Positions 43,301 to 53,639 of a DNA stretch of 64,000 nucleotides are shown here, one piece after another; positions within the stretch are counted from its first letter, which is position 1; every line of letters starts with the position of its first letter. Origin of the DNA: Flavobacteriaceae bacterium. GTDB taxonomy: Bacteria > Bacteroidota > Bacteroidia > Flavobacteriales > Flavobacteriaceae. The notes below the pieces were generated by a model. It did no database searches. It was not told the origin of the DNA and worked only from the letters and a program-made list of their open reading frames with translations. Position numbers and translations under genes: made by a program. The stretch covers positions 28,021 to 92,020 of the forward strand of contig JAYQIF010000006.1 in the NCBI GenBank assembly GCA_038141525.1, given 5' to 3'.

Positions 43301-45907
43301 TAAGCTATTTCCGTCTTGAAAAATTTCATAGCCCATTACCCCAACATTATCAGTGGAGGCATTCCAGGAAAGATCCAAAGAGGTCTCCCCTATATTACTG
43401 GCTGTCAAGTTGCCAGGAACTGTAGGCGCAATCGTGTCTGGTGGTGTTGCGGTAGTAACGCTGAGACTATTGGACTCGTTTGATGTATTTCCAGCGGCAT
43501 CAAGCGCACGCACCGTAGCGCTGTATTGTGTAGCTGGGTTCAACCCACTAATCAATGCACTGGTGCCCGCCTGAGTTCCTTGGCTTGCCCCGTCGATAAA
43601 CACCTCATACACATCTACACCTAAATTATCTGTTGAAGCGTTCCAACTCAGCGTAAAACTGGTTGTGGTGATGCCCGATGCCGATAAATTAGTGGGCACC
43701 GATGGCGGTGTGGTATCTTCATTAACATTGACCGTTCTGGTTTGTGTCTCAGCAGGATTTCCTGCTGCATCCGTAACATCATAGGTCAAAGTATAGGTCC
43801 CCGCTATGCCTGTATTCACCGTACCTGTAACCACAATATCTGAAGAAATATCACCATCGACATTATCTAATGCAGTTGCTCCCGGGTCATCAAATGTCTG
43901 CCCTACAAATAAATTAAATGGATTTTCTCCAAGCAATGTAATCACCGGGGGCGTCTCATCCACCCCAGCAGTGATACAAATTTCCGTTGTCTCTGAACTA
44001 CCAAAAGAACCGCCTGTCTTAAAGACCCCATCAGGGCTTGAGAGGCTGTATGAACCATTGCCGTAGGCACAACAAATTCCATCTCCATAGGTGTCTGTTA
44101 TTTGGAAGGTATAATTGCCTTCATTCAATGTCGGAAAAGTAACGTTTACAGTGGACCCATCCGGGTTTGAGGTTGAATAGGCCGCACTTGCTATGACATT
44201 ATTCGCGTCGTCTGTGAGCTTCCAAGCCGTTTCCTCAGGATAATTATCAAAGGTAATGGTCAGTTCTATTGGATTAGGTTGACACACCGGTGGTGGAATG
44301 ATACGGCCTACCCCAACAGCAGCCCAAGCTAGAGTTACGGCTTCTACTTCCGGACTATTTTGACCATATAAATCAATGGCTGATTGAATCGCGCCGTCTC
44401 GGGCATCAGAATACTGAGAATTCGTGCTCAAATATACCGTCAAATTTCTGTATGCAATAGCTGCCGCGGCCTCCATGCCGATGGCAGGAACATCAAATGG
44501 ATCACCAAAATCATTGGTTCCTGTACCTCCTACTGTGAGTAAATAAAACCAAAAGTTCTGAACTCCTGAGTTGTAATGCACCCCTCCATTGTCTCCTGAA
44601 CCGGTATACCAATTGGTTCCTAAATAAGTATCCGGGTCGCCAAATTGATTTGGGTTACTCATCGAGCGCAAGGCACCGCCACTGCCGCCAGCCCCAATTT
44701 GATCACCCATCAACCAGTCATTTGTCCCCGCACCAAAAAACTCAATAGACTCGCCAAAAATATCCGAAAAAGACTCGTTCAAGGCCCCTGATTCGTAGCT
44801 GTAGACTAAATTCGCGGCGTATTCAGTCACTCCGTGAGTTATCTCATGACCGACAATGTCCAAAGAAACCAGTGGTCCGTAATTTACGCCATCCCCATCT
44901 CCGTAGGTCATGACAGATCCGTTCCAAAAAGCATTGACATAATTTCTACTGTAGCTCACATAAGAGCGAATTACAGTTCCGCTTCCTGTGTAAGAATTAC
45001 GGTTGTGTTTTTGCATAAAGTACTGATGCGTTTGCTCAGCACCCCAGTGGGCCTGAACACCAATATCCGTTGATCCAGAAAAATTAGTCGTACTGCTGAC
45101 TACATCAGAAGCACTACTATAATTGGTGCTCCCCCCCATGTCATAGGTCTCTATTCCATTGCCATCTGTTGTTTGACGCAATCGATATCCCGAAGAGAAA
45201 CTATCGGCCATAAAAGACACTGTCCCATTGTACAAACTAGATCCAGTCGCCGGAGTATCGGCGTGATGAATGCGCTTGTTTTCGAATACAACCGCTCCAT
45301 TGTGCGCATCGACGTAGACGTCTGCTCGATAAACAGGCTCAGAAGCATAGATGTCAAATTTATAAACCAATTTAGCCTGGTTGTTCACCCCGGCAATCGG
45401 TCCTAATATCATTAATTCTCCTGTGGGCGCCTGATAATCCATCAAAGCGCTGCTCTGGGCGTCCTCCCACATATAACTTGTGGCATTAACAAAACCCTTC
45501 GCAACATTGAGCGCCGAAGCAGAGGACATGGTCGGACGAATCTCCAAATCACTAATATTGACCGTAGTATTGGTCAATGAGGTCACTTGGCCCTCTTTGG
45601 CATGTATTTTTATTTGTGCAAACTCAACAGGTAGACCTCTGTAAAACTGGGTATAACCATCATGCGTAAATCCGAGTTCGTCAGTATCTTGTTTGATGAA
45701 TTCCAGAGTTGATCCTTGATTTAAGTTCAAAAGATCTTGAGTAATCCCAGAAAGATTATTTCGTGAGTAATTTTGATTTTCACTCAAAACAATTAATGTC
45801 GGCTGTGGCCTGTAAACATCTCCCTTCGGCGGCTTTTGGGCAAAACCTATGGCAGTTGTCAAAAGTAAAAAGACTGAAATCCCCCAATGATTAAAGTAAT
45901 TTTTCAT
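40321..45907 (-). CDS. Secreted M4 (thermolysin-family) zinc metalloprotease of about 1860 aa. After the protease domain come one DUF5011 Ig-like domain, four FN3 domains and a Cys-rich module, then two repeated beta-sandwich modules flanking four more DUF5011 Ig-like domains, and a T9SS type-A C-terminal domain. The frame is broken once in the assembly.
   Basis: HEITH at 44848-44834 plus GALNESFSDIFG. Four FN3 repeats (..SWN.S.DNVGV.GYE...DG..). DUF5011-like repeats (PVITL.G.NPM....G..Y.EPGA.A.DN.DGD..). CDDGIQNGQETGVDCGGPDCAPC. C-terminal Por_Secre_tail-like LAPVPAKAHINVA...YTIYSVLGQKV...LPSGIYVFEV. ORFs 42446..45907 and 40321..42669 join near 42487 (..TIHEGYFE/SGWDGWIDGGSDC..). Confidence 0.85.
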
Positions 45908-46097
45908 GTATTCTTGGTGTTTTTAGTTGTATCTTTTTTGTGTCTGTTGCTGAGTATTCTAAAATCAAAAACACAGACCATAATTTATTTTTAAATTCGT
46001 TTGATGGGGCTAATCGCTATAAAATCGGTAGAAATGGCGCTCAAAAAACGTGGGAAAAATACTACTATTTGAGCGTATTTTAAAGTAAATCCTGACT

Positions 46098-47805
46098 GTG
46101 ACCGAAGATTTAACATCCTTATTATCAGTTTTTAGACTAAGTGTTCGTTTTATACGACCAATACCGCAGTTGGCATTGTCAGAAATCGAGTTTTCAGTCC
46201 CAAAAAATAGTATTATTGGCATAGTTGGGGAGTCTGGAAGTGGTAAATCACTCACGGCCATGTCCATTATGGGGCTGCTCAACACCTCAAATACGGAAGT
46301 TTCAGGTCGAGTCACCTTTGAGGGTGAACCCATTTTTCCCAATCAATCAAATCGTGTTAGAAAGCTCCGAGGCAAAGCAATCGCGATGATCTTTCAAGAC
46401 CCGATGACTGGGCTTAATCCCGCAAAACGATGCGGCGCTCAGGTCGACGAAATGCTCATGTTTCAACTCGAGCTGAGTCGTGATAAAGCAAAGGCAAAAA
46501 CTCTTGAATTATTTGAGCAGGTCAAACTCCCTGACCCTGAAGCCATGTATCGGCGCTACCCACATCAACTTAGTGGAGGACAAATGCAACGCGTAATGAT
46601 CGCTATGGCCATAAGCTGTGAACCCAAACTGCTGATCGCCGACGAGCCCACAACGGCCCTTGATGTGACCGTCCAAAAAGACATCATCGAACTTTTAAAA
46701 GAAATACAGGCTCAAGACGCAAATGTCGATGATTTTCATCTCCCACGACTTGGCCCTTGTTTCTGAAATTGCTCATGAAATACTGGTCATGTATCGCGGT
46801 AAAATCGTCGAAAAAGGCAGTCCAGAGGCTATTTTTCTCAAACCCCAAGACGAGTATACCAAAGCCCTAATCTCAGCGAGGCCTCAAGGTCATTTGCGCC
46901 TTAAATCTTTGGCCACTGTAGCCTCGATAAGGGATAAAAGTTTTAGTCCAAAAATTTACAGCGCGCAGCAACGCGCAGTAAAACATCAACAGATTTATCT
47001 CAAAGAGCCATTACTTCGGGTACAGAATTTGTCAAAGTCCTTTTATCAAAAGCCATTTCTCTTCGGCAAAAAGCACGTTACAAAGGCTGTCGACGAAGTC
47101 TCGTTTTCGGTTTATGAGGGTGAAACCGTCGGCCTAGTTGGGGAATCGGGATGTGGCAAAACAACTCTAGTTAAGACCTTACTCCAACTCGAAAAAGCGA
47201 GCAACGGCTCTGTGTTTTACAATGGACAGGATATCTGTCAACTCTCGACAGCGCAATGGCGTGCGCTGCGAAAGGACATACAAATCATTTTTCAAGACCC
47301 CTTTTCCTCGTTAAATCCTAAAATGACGGTTGGGGACTGTATTGTTGAGCCCATGGAAGTGCACAACATCGGCGTCTCGAGTCAAAACCGCAAGCAAAGA
47401 CTAAATCAATTGCTCGAGCAAGTGGGGCTCGATGAGTCCTATGCCTCCCGTTATCCGCATCAACTCTCTGGTGGTCAACGCCAGCGTGTGGGGATTGCTC
47501 GGGCCATTGCCCTCGAGCCCAAAATCATCGTGTGTGACGAATCCGTCAGTGCATTGGATATTTCTGTGCAGGCTCAAGTCCTTAATTTGCTCAATACACT
47601 TAAAGAAAAATTTGGATTTACCTACATCTTTATCTCTCACGATTTATCTGTGGTTCAATATATGTCGGATCAACTTTTGGTAATGCAAAAAGGGCGTCTG
47701 GTAGAGATGGGTGATGCCGATGAAATCTATGCTATGCCCAAATCGGCCTATACTAAAAGTCTCATCCAGTCGATTCCAAAGGGAATACAAAAAAACCCGT
47801 TCTAA
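46098..47805 (+). CDS. Duplicated-ATPase ABC transporter protein (peptide/opine Dpp/Opp-type, YejF-like); frame broken in assembly
   Basis: Two full cassettes: GESGSGKS / LSGGQMQRV / LLIADEPTTALD and GESGCGKTT / LSGGQRQRV / IIVCDESVSALD. ORFs 46098..46766 and 46723..47805 join near 46716 (..KEIQAQ/TQMSMIFISHDL). The start codon is uncertain. Confidence 0.85.
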
Positions 47806-47824
47806 CCTCACAAAGAACGGGTTT
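47793..47824 (+). terminator. Putative terminator hairpin overlapping the ABC gene stop
   Basis: aaacccgttct-(10 nt)-agaacgggttt. The T-tract is weak. Confidence 0.45.
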
Positions 47825-47964
47825 AATGCTAAATCTACATGGTGCAGACTTGGGGCTTGATAACATCAAGATGATGAAGTAGGTTCATCATTATTACAGG
47901 AACAAATGTGGTAAATTTTTATCAACTAACAGATAAAAAGCGAATTATTTCGATTAACGGCACA

Positions 47965-48621
47965 CTATTTTAACATTTCGGGCACATCATTGGGAACAAT
48001 AAGCGCACCTTCTGTGACTTCTTGAATTTCCTTGATGCTGACTCCAGGAGCACGCTCAAGCAAATGAAAGGCATTGTCGCGCACCTCCAAAACTGCCAAA
48101 TCGGTCACAATTTTTTTCACGCAACCGACACCCGTAAGGGGTAACCTGCACGAAGACAACAGCTTTGATTTTCCTGCTTTGTTGGTATGGGTCATGGCGA
48201 CAATGATTCGATCAGCCGAGGCCACTAGATCCATAGCCCCTCCCATTCCTTTGACCATTTTTCCAGGAATCTTCCAATTGGCGATATCTCCGTTTTGGGC
48301 GACCTCCATAGCCCCGAGTATCGTGAGATCCACATGCTGTCCACGAATCATAGAAAAGCTCAAGGCGCTGTCAAAAAACGCTGCGCCGGGCAGGGCAGTA
48401 ATGGTTTGTTTTCCCGCGTTAATTAAATCGGCGTCTTCCTCGCCCTCCAAAGGAAACGGACCCATACCGAGTATTCCGTTTTCACTTTGGAATTCAACAC
48501 TAATGTCCTCACGCACAAAATTGGCCACCAAAGTGGGAATGCCAATACCGAGGTTTACGTAATAACCGTCTTTTACTTCTTGGGCAATACGCTGAGCAAT
48601 TTGAAATTTATTAAGCGCCAT
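47965..48621 (-). CDS. scoB: 3-oxoacid CoA-transferase subunit B
   Basis: [10 protein letters not shown] catalytic Glu motif. 218 aa. Overlaps subunit A by 11 nt. Confidence 0.9.
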   Translation of the reverse strand: MALNKFQIAQRIAQEVKDGYYVNLGIGIPTLVANFVREDISVEFQSENGILGMGPFPLEGEEDADLINAGKQTITALPGAAFFDSALSFSMIRGQHVDLTILGAMEVAQNGDIANWKIPGKMVKGMGGAMDLVASADRIIVAMTHTNKAGKSKLLSSCRLPLTGVGCVKKIVTDLAVLEVRDNAFHLLERAPGVSIKEIQEVTEGALIVPNDVPEMLK

Positions 48622-49321
48622 GTTCTGTAGTTCTTACGGTTCGTTGTTCTATTCTTTTTTGATAATCTGTACCTTGGAAAATACGCTGAACAAAAATCCC
48701 TGGAATATGGATTTGATTTGGATCTAGCGCCCCAACCGGCACTAATTCTTCTACCTCAGCTACAGTTATTTTGGCAGCCCCACACATGTTAGGATTAAAG
48801 TTCCGAGCGGTGCCCTTAAAAATTAAATTACCTGCCGTATCGCCTTTCCAGGCCTTGACAAAAGCAAAGTCCGCGTCAAAAGCGTGCTCCAACAAATGCA
48901 TCTTGCCGTTAAATTCTCTGGATTCCTTTCCTTCACCCACTTCGGTACCATAGCCCGCAGGGGTATAAAATGCAGGGACCCCGCTTTGAGCCGCCTGACA
49001 ACGCTGAGCCAAAGTCCCTTGAGGAATCAATTGTACTTCTAACTCTCCGCTGAGCATTTGACGCTCAAACTCTGCGTTTTCCCCTACATAAGAGGCAATC
49101 ATCGTCTTGATTTGCCGGGTTTGTAATAGCAATCCAAGTCCAAAATCATCCACGCCTGCATTATTAGAAATACACGTCAACTGATCCACCCCAAGTCTTT
49201 GCAATTCACTGATCGCGCATTCGGGTATCCCGCAGAGGCCAAAACCGCCGAGCATTAGGGTCATGCCACTTTCCACACCGGTACAAGCCTCTATGACATT
49301 ATTCACTGTTTTATTGATCAT
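48611..49321 (-). CDS. scoA: 3-oxoacid CoA-transferase subunit A
   Basis: [16 protein letters not shown] motif. 236 aa. Confidence 0.9.
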   Translation of the reverse strand: MINKTVNNVIEACTGVESGMTLMLGGFGLCGIPECAISELQRLGVDQLTCISNNAGVDDFGLGLLLQTRQIKTMIASYVGENAEFERQMLSGELEVQLIPQGTLAQRCQAAQSGVPAFYTPAGYGTEVGEGKESREFNGKMHLLEHAFDADFAFVKAWKGDTAGNLIFKGTARNFNPNMCGAAKITVAEVEELVPVGALDPNQIHIPGIFVQRIFQGTDYQKRIEQRTVRTTEHGA

Positions 49322-49459
49322 ATTTTGGTCGTTTTGGTCATTTTAGTTTTTTAGCAGTAATATTTTATCTGACTGCACCATCATTTATGCCGTCATTTAT
49401 GCCATCATTGAGCCCGCTAATGCGCTTGAACATCAATCCAAACTGATAGGCGACATGAG

Positions 49460-51775
49460 TTAAAAATCTAATTCATTCCCCAAGTCTAAACCTTGACTTT
49501 GATCTTGACCATAAACCTCACAATTGGTTTCAATGGTCAATACCTCTGGCATTGGAAATTCCTCTGCCGATATTCCCAATGCTTCGACTGCATAACACTG
49601 CTTCATATACAAGGCCCATATTGGCAAAGCCATCGTGGCCCCTTGGCCGTAGGCAATCTCTTCAAAGTGCGTGGAGCGATCCTCTCCTCCAACCCAAACC
49701 CCGGTCGCCAGGTTAGGTACCATTCCCATAAACCAGCCGTCGGAGTTATTCTGGGTGGTCCCAGTTTTGCCCGCTATTGGGTTTTCAAAAACATAGGGGT
49801 ATCCGGTAACCGCTTGTTTGTAAACTTCATTGTCTTTGGCCCAACTATGGCGCAAACGCTGTCCAGAACCTGATTCAGTGACGCCTTCCATGAGATTTAA
49901 GGTGACATAGGCCGATTCGCGGCTCAATACATCTCTACTCTCGGGGACATGCTCGTAGAGTATTGTCCCATTTTTATCCTCGATGCGCTGTACCAAATTG
50001 GGTTTAACATAAACTCCTTCGTTGACAAAAGTCCCGTAAGCACCGACCATCTCGTATAATGATAAATCGGGTGTCCCAAGCGCAATAGACGGGGCTTGAG
50101 GTATTCTTCCGGGTTCCACTCCCATCTTTTCTGCCAAATCGATAACGGGTTTTGGACCGACTCTATCGATGAGTCGCGCAGTTACTGTATTGATTGAGTT
50201 GGCCAAAGCCTCCTTTAAACTCATCATGCCCCCATACTTGTCACTCGAATTTTTAGGGCACCAATCCTCTGGAATACCAAAGCGCCCTTGAGGAATACAA
50301 TATGGAGCATTGGGCAGTGTGTCACAAGGAGACATATGCATTTGATCTATGGCCGTGGCGTAGACAAATGGCTTAAATGTGGAGCCGATCTGTCTTTGGC
50401 CGTAACGCACCATGTCGTATTTGAAATTTTTATAGTCAATACCGCCCACCCAAGCACGAATCTCGCCAGTTTGAGGAACCATAGAGAGCATGGCTGCGCG
50501 CAGATAAGATTTGTAATATTTAATCGAATCCAATGGGGTCATTGTGGTGTCGATATCACCCGAGTAGCTAAACACACTCATTTTGGTGGGTCGCTTAAAA
50601 CTCTCTCTAATTTCATTCTCACTTTTTCCACTGCGTTTCATCTCGCGCCAGCGGTCTGATCGCTTCATGGCCGAAGTGTAAATCCACTCTTCCTCCTCTG
50701 GGGTGATTTCCATAAATGGCGCGGTAGGATTTGCTTTATTTTGTTGCTCAAAAACCTTTTGGAGCTGACTCATGTGCTGATCGACAGCCTCCTCGGCAAA
50801 GCGCTGCATTTGCGCATTAAGTGTCGTATAAATTTTGAGGCCGTCACTGCTCACATTCCAGAGGCTTCCATCGGGCTTTGGGTGGTCTTTGGCCCATTGC
50901 TTGACAAAACCGCGAATGTACTCGCGCACATAAGTACCTATGCCCTTATCGTGATCTTGAGGGGTGAAATCGACCCCCAAGGGTAAAGCCCGCAGCGAAT
51001 CACGCACTTGCTCAGAAATATAGTCGTACTTGGCCATTTGACCGAGCACCACATTGCGGCGATTAGTAACCCCTTCTGGATTGCGTTTAGGGTTGTACAA
51101 AGCCGAGTTCTTGAACATCCCTACCAGCATCGCCGACTCTTGTAGGTTTAAATCCTGCGGCTGCTTATTGAAATAAATCTGGGCCGCAGACTCAATACCA
51201 ATGGCCAAATTCAGAAAATCATAAACGTTAAAATACATGGTTATGATTTCTTCTTTGGTATAGCGCCGTTCCAAACGCGTGGCAATGATCCATTCTTTTA
51301 CTTTTTGCATGCCACGCTGAAATTTATTGCTCGAGACCTGATCAGTAAAAAATTGCTTGGCTAACTGCTGACTAATGGTACTGGCGCCGCCACGAGCCCC
51401 CAAAAAGGCCAACGCCCGCAAGGTTCCACGTCCATCAACCCCAGAATGATCGTAAAATCTCGCGTCTTCGGTGGCAATCAGTGCGTCGACTAAGTGTTTG
51501 GGAAGATCTTCAAAGTAAACTGGCGTTCTGTTTTCGGTAAAAAACTTACCAATGACTTGCCCGTCGACCGAAATAATTTGTGTGGCTAAATCCTTTTCAG
51601 GGTCCTCTAACCTGGTTTCATCGGGAAGTGGCCCAAAAACCCCTGCGGCAGTGAGCGAGAAAAGCGCCACAACGCTCAGAATGCCAAATAAAAAAAGACC
51701 CCAGAACCAAAGAACATAGGTCCTGAAGTTTGATCGTTTTTTTGTCTTTTTCTTTAGCTTTTTATTTTTGTTCAT
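49460..51775 (-). CDS. mrcA: Class A penicillin-binding protein 1A (glycosyltransferase + transpeptidase)
   Basis: GT51 motifs ATEDARFYDHSGVD and RKxxE. Transpeptidase motifs GSTFKPFVY (SxxK), SIN and KTGTT. Confidence 0.9.
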   Translation of the reverse strand: MNKNKKLKKKTKKRSNFRTYVLWFWGLFLFGILSVVALFSLTAAGVFGPLPDETRLEDPEKDLATQIISVDGQVIGKFFTENRTPVYFEDLPKHLVDALIATEDARFYDHSGVDGRGTLRALAFLGARGGASTISQQLAKQFFTDQVSSNKFQRGMQKVKEWIIATRLERRYTKEEIITMYFNVYDFLNLAIGIESAAQIYFNKQPQDLNLQESAMLVGMFKNSALYNPKRNPEGVTNRRNVVLGQMAKYDYISEQVRDSLRALPLGVDFTPQDHDKGIGTYVREYIRGFVKQWAKDHPKPDGSLWNVSSDGLKIYTTLNAQMQRFAEEAVDQHMSQLQKVFEQQNKANPTAPFMEITPEEEEWIYTSAMKRSDRWREMKRSGKSENEIRESFKRPTKMSVFSYSGDIDTTMTPLDSIKYYKSYLRAAMLSMVPQTGEIRAWVGGIDYKNFKYDMVRYGQRQIGSTFKPFVYATAIDQMHMSPCDTLPNAPYCIPQGRFGIPEDWCPKNSSDKYGGMMSLKEALANSINTVTARLIDRVGPKPVIDLAEKMGVEPGRIPQAPSIALGTPDLSLYEMVGAYGTFVNEGVYVKPNLVQRIEDKNGTILYEHVPESRDVLSRESAYVTLNLMEGVTESGSGQRLRHSWAKDNEVYKQAVTGYPYVFENPIAGKTGTTQNNSDGWFMGMVPNLATGVWVGGEDRSTHFEEIAYGQGATMALPIWALYMKQCYAVEALGISAEEFPMPEVLTIETNCEVYGQDQSQGLDLGNELDF

Positions 51776-51817
51776 ACCCTACGACTGTTTCGATGAGCTT
51801 CTTGGTCTCATCGTCTT

Positions 51818-52297
51818 TCATTGTACTGGCGCCAATTGATACCCCAACTCCACGATTCCTTTTAACTCAGAAACGCCCTGCGCCTGACCGTTATTGCGCA
51901 AAGCATGTCTTATCGACAACTGATAGGGGCCTTCCTTTCCAAAAATTACACCTTCTTTGTAGGCCAACAAATTATCTTTGATGTTGCCAGCTCCTACCCC
52001 TAACCAAGTGCCGTCTTTGGCGGCCATACGATATTCCAAAGTATCTACTTCGGCATATCCGTCTGGGTGCGTCATGGTCACCAATAAAAAAAGGTTGCTG
52101 TATGGGTAGTCATTGGTGTTGCGCACACTCAACAGCATATCGTATGCCATCAGGCTGTCTACTGCTGGTAATTCAAACTCCAGAGAGCGATCCTTTGACC
52201 AAATTCCACGATCTATATTTTGATAATCAGCGATTTTGTTATTGCTGCAGCCAGTAATCAGCAGTAACCATAAAACTGCAGTTCCTATTCTAGGCAT
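51818..52297 (-). CDS. gldH: Gliding motility lipoprotein GldH
   Basis: MPRIGTAVLWLLLITG-C lipobox, NDYPYSNLFL, DTLEYRMA..DGTWLG and GV.ELKGI.ELG. The ATG at 52297 overlaps the upstream PSP1 gene by 8 nt. The longer ORF 51818..52492 is an artefactual 5' extension. Confidence 0.85.
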   Translation of the reverse strand: MPRIGTAVLWLLLITGCSNNKIADYQNIDRGIWSKDRSLEFELPAVDSLMAYDMLLSVRNTNDYPYSNLFLLVTMTHPDGYAEVDTLEYRMAAKDGTWLGVGAGNIKDNLLAYKEGVIFGKEGPYQLSIRHALRNNGQAQGVSELKGIVELGYQLAPVQ

Positions 52298-53453
52298 TTT
52301 TTCTCTGATTTTTTCGGCGATTTCTGGATCCTCGATTCTTCTTTCGCGACCGCTTTCTTTTGGGCTGATCAAAGCGGGTAAGACTGTCCTGACCCACAAC
52401 ATTGTTATAAGTCTCTTGCTGCTTTGGCACGTGTTCCACGGCATAGGCTTCGAGACTCTCAACCTTTTGTCCTTTTTTATTGGCCTCAACAATCTCGTTT
52501 ACCTTAGCCACAGGTAATTCATGCCAGTTCATAAATTCTTTGTCGTAACAATACCACATGAGGCCTTTAAAGATGTCTATTTTTTGACAAAAGGCGATTC
52601 CTTTTTCGGTTTTTAGCCGGACGTCCATTTTGGGAAAAACTTTCAAAGCTTCCATATATGCATCGAGCTCAAAATTGAGACAGCATTTAAGTTTACCACA
52701 TTGCCCAGCAAGTTTTTGAGGGTTTAGCGAAAGCTGCTGATAGCGCGCCGCGGCGGTATTGACCGATCTAAAATCGGTAAGCCAGGTCGAACAACAGAGT
52801 TCTCGGCCGCAAGACCCAATGCCGCCAAGGCGCGCGGCTTCTTGACGAAAACCTATTTGCTTCATCTCGATACGCGTGCTAAACGCCCGCGCAAACTCTT
52901 TGATCAATTGTCTAAAATCAACCCGCTCTTCTGCTGTGTAATAAAAAATGGCCTTGCCGCCATCGCCTTGAAACTCGACGTCACTGATTTTCATCTTCAG
53001 TTTAAGCCCCATAGCAATTTCTCTCGATCGCTTTTGGACCTCGGCTTCTTTTTGACGTAGGCTTTGCCAAAGGTCAATGTCCTTTTGGGTGGCTTTACGA
53101 TATATTTTGGGGTAAGACTCGAGATTCATGGATCCCTTTTTGCGTTTGATCTGTACGCGTACTAATTCTCCTGTAAGGGTAACAATGCCGACATCATGGC
53201 CCGAGGAGGCCTCTGTGGCCACAACGTCACCAATGGATAAACTCAAGCGGTCTCGATTGTCAAAAAACTCTTTTCGGCTATTTTTAAAACGCACCTCAAC
53301 TCCGTAAAACGGCTCCATGTCCGAGGGCAATGACATATTGCCGAGCCAGTCAAAAACCGTCAATTTATTACAACCATCCGTGCCACAGGTGCCATTGTTT
53401 TTACACCCTCTGGGTGTTCCTTCTTTTCCGGTACTACAACTGGCACATCCCAT
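52290..53453 (-). CDS. PSP1 domain protein (RicT/YaaT-like) with a Cys-rich N-terminus and a basic C-terminal tail
   Basis: MGCASCSTG..GCKNNGTCGTDGC N-terminus. PSP1 core (..CGRELCCSTWL.., CGKLKCCLNFE). Tail KRKRSRKKNRGSRNRRKNQRKNA. Confidence 0.8.
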   Translation of the reverse strand: MGCASCSTGKEGTPRGCKNNGTCGTDGCNKLTVFDWLGNMSLPSDMEPFYGVEVRFKNSRKEFFDNRDRLSLSIGDVVATEASSGHDVGIVTLTGELVRVQIKRKKGSMNLESYPKIYRKATQKDIDLWQSLRQKEAEVQKRSREIAMGLKLKMKISDVEFQGDGGKAIFYYTAEERVDFRQLIKEFARAFSTRIEMKQIGFRQEAARLGGIGSCGRELCCSTWLTDFRSVNTAAARYQQLSLNPQKLAGQCGKLKCCLNFELDAYMEALKVFPKMDVRLKTEKGIAFCQKIDIFKGLMWYCYDKEFMNWHELPVAKVNEIVEANKKGQKVESLEAYAVEHVPKQQETYNNVVGQDSLTRFDQPKRKRSRKKNRGSRNRRKNQRKNA

Positions 53454-53639
53454 ATATTGCGAGTTTCGAAGTTTTTTTGGAATTAATCTAAAACGGATGC
53501 CTTCCCGTTAATCTTCAGTAAAGATACCTTATTTTGATAAAATCCTCAGGCCATTTAACAGAATTTATACACGCGCAACTTTGGATTTTAAAGCCCAAAA
53601 ATAAGCGCATAAATCTCTATTTCGTACCTTAACCGGGTA

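Noticed and set aside
51818-52492. The 224-aa version of the GldH ORF with a 65-aa N-terminal extension.
   Set aside because: The extension overlaps the PSP1 coding frame and has no signal-like sequence. The internal ATG at 52297 gives a canonical lipoprotein signal (..LLITG-C) and the usual GldH length.
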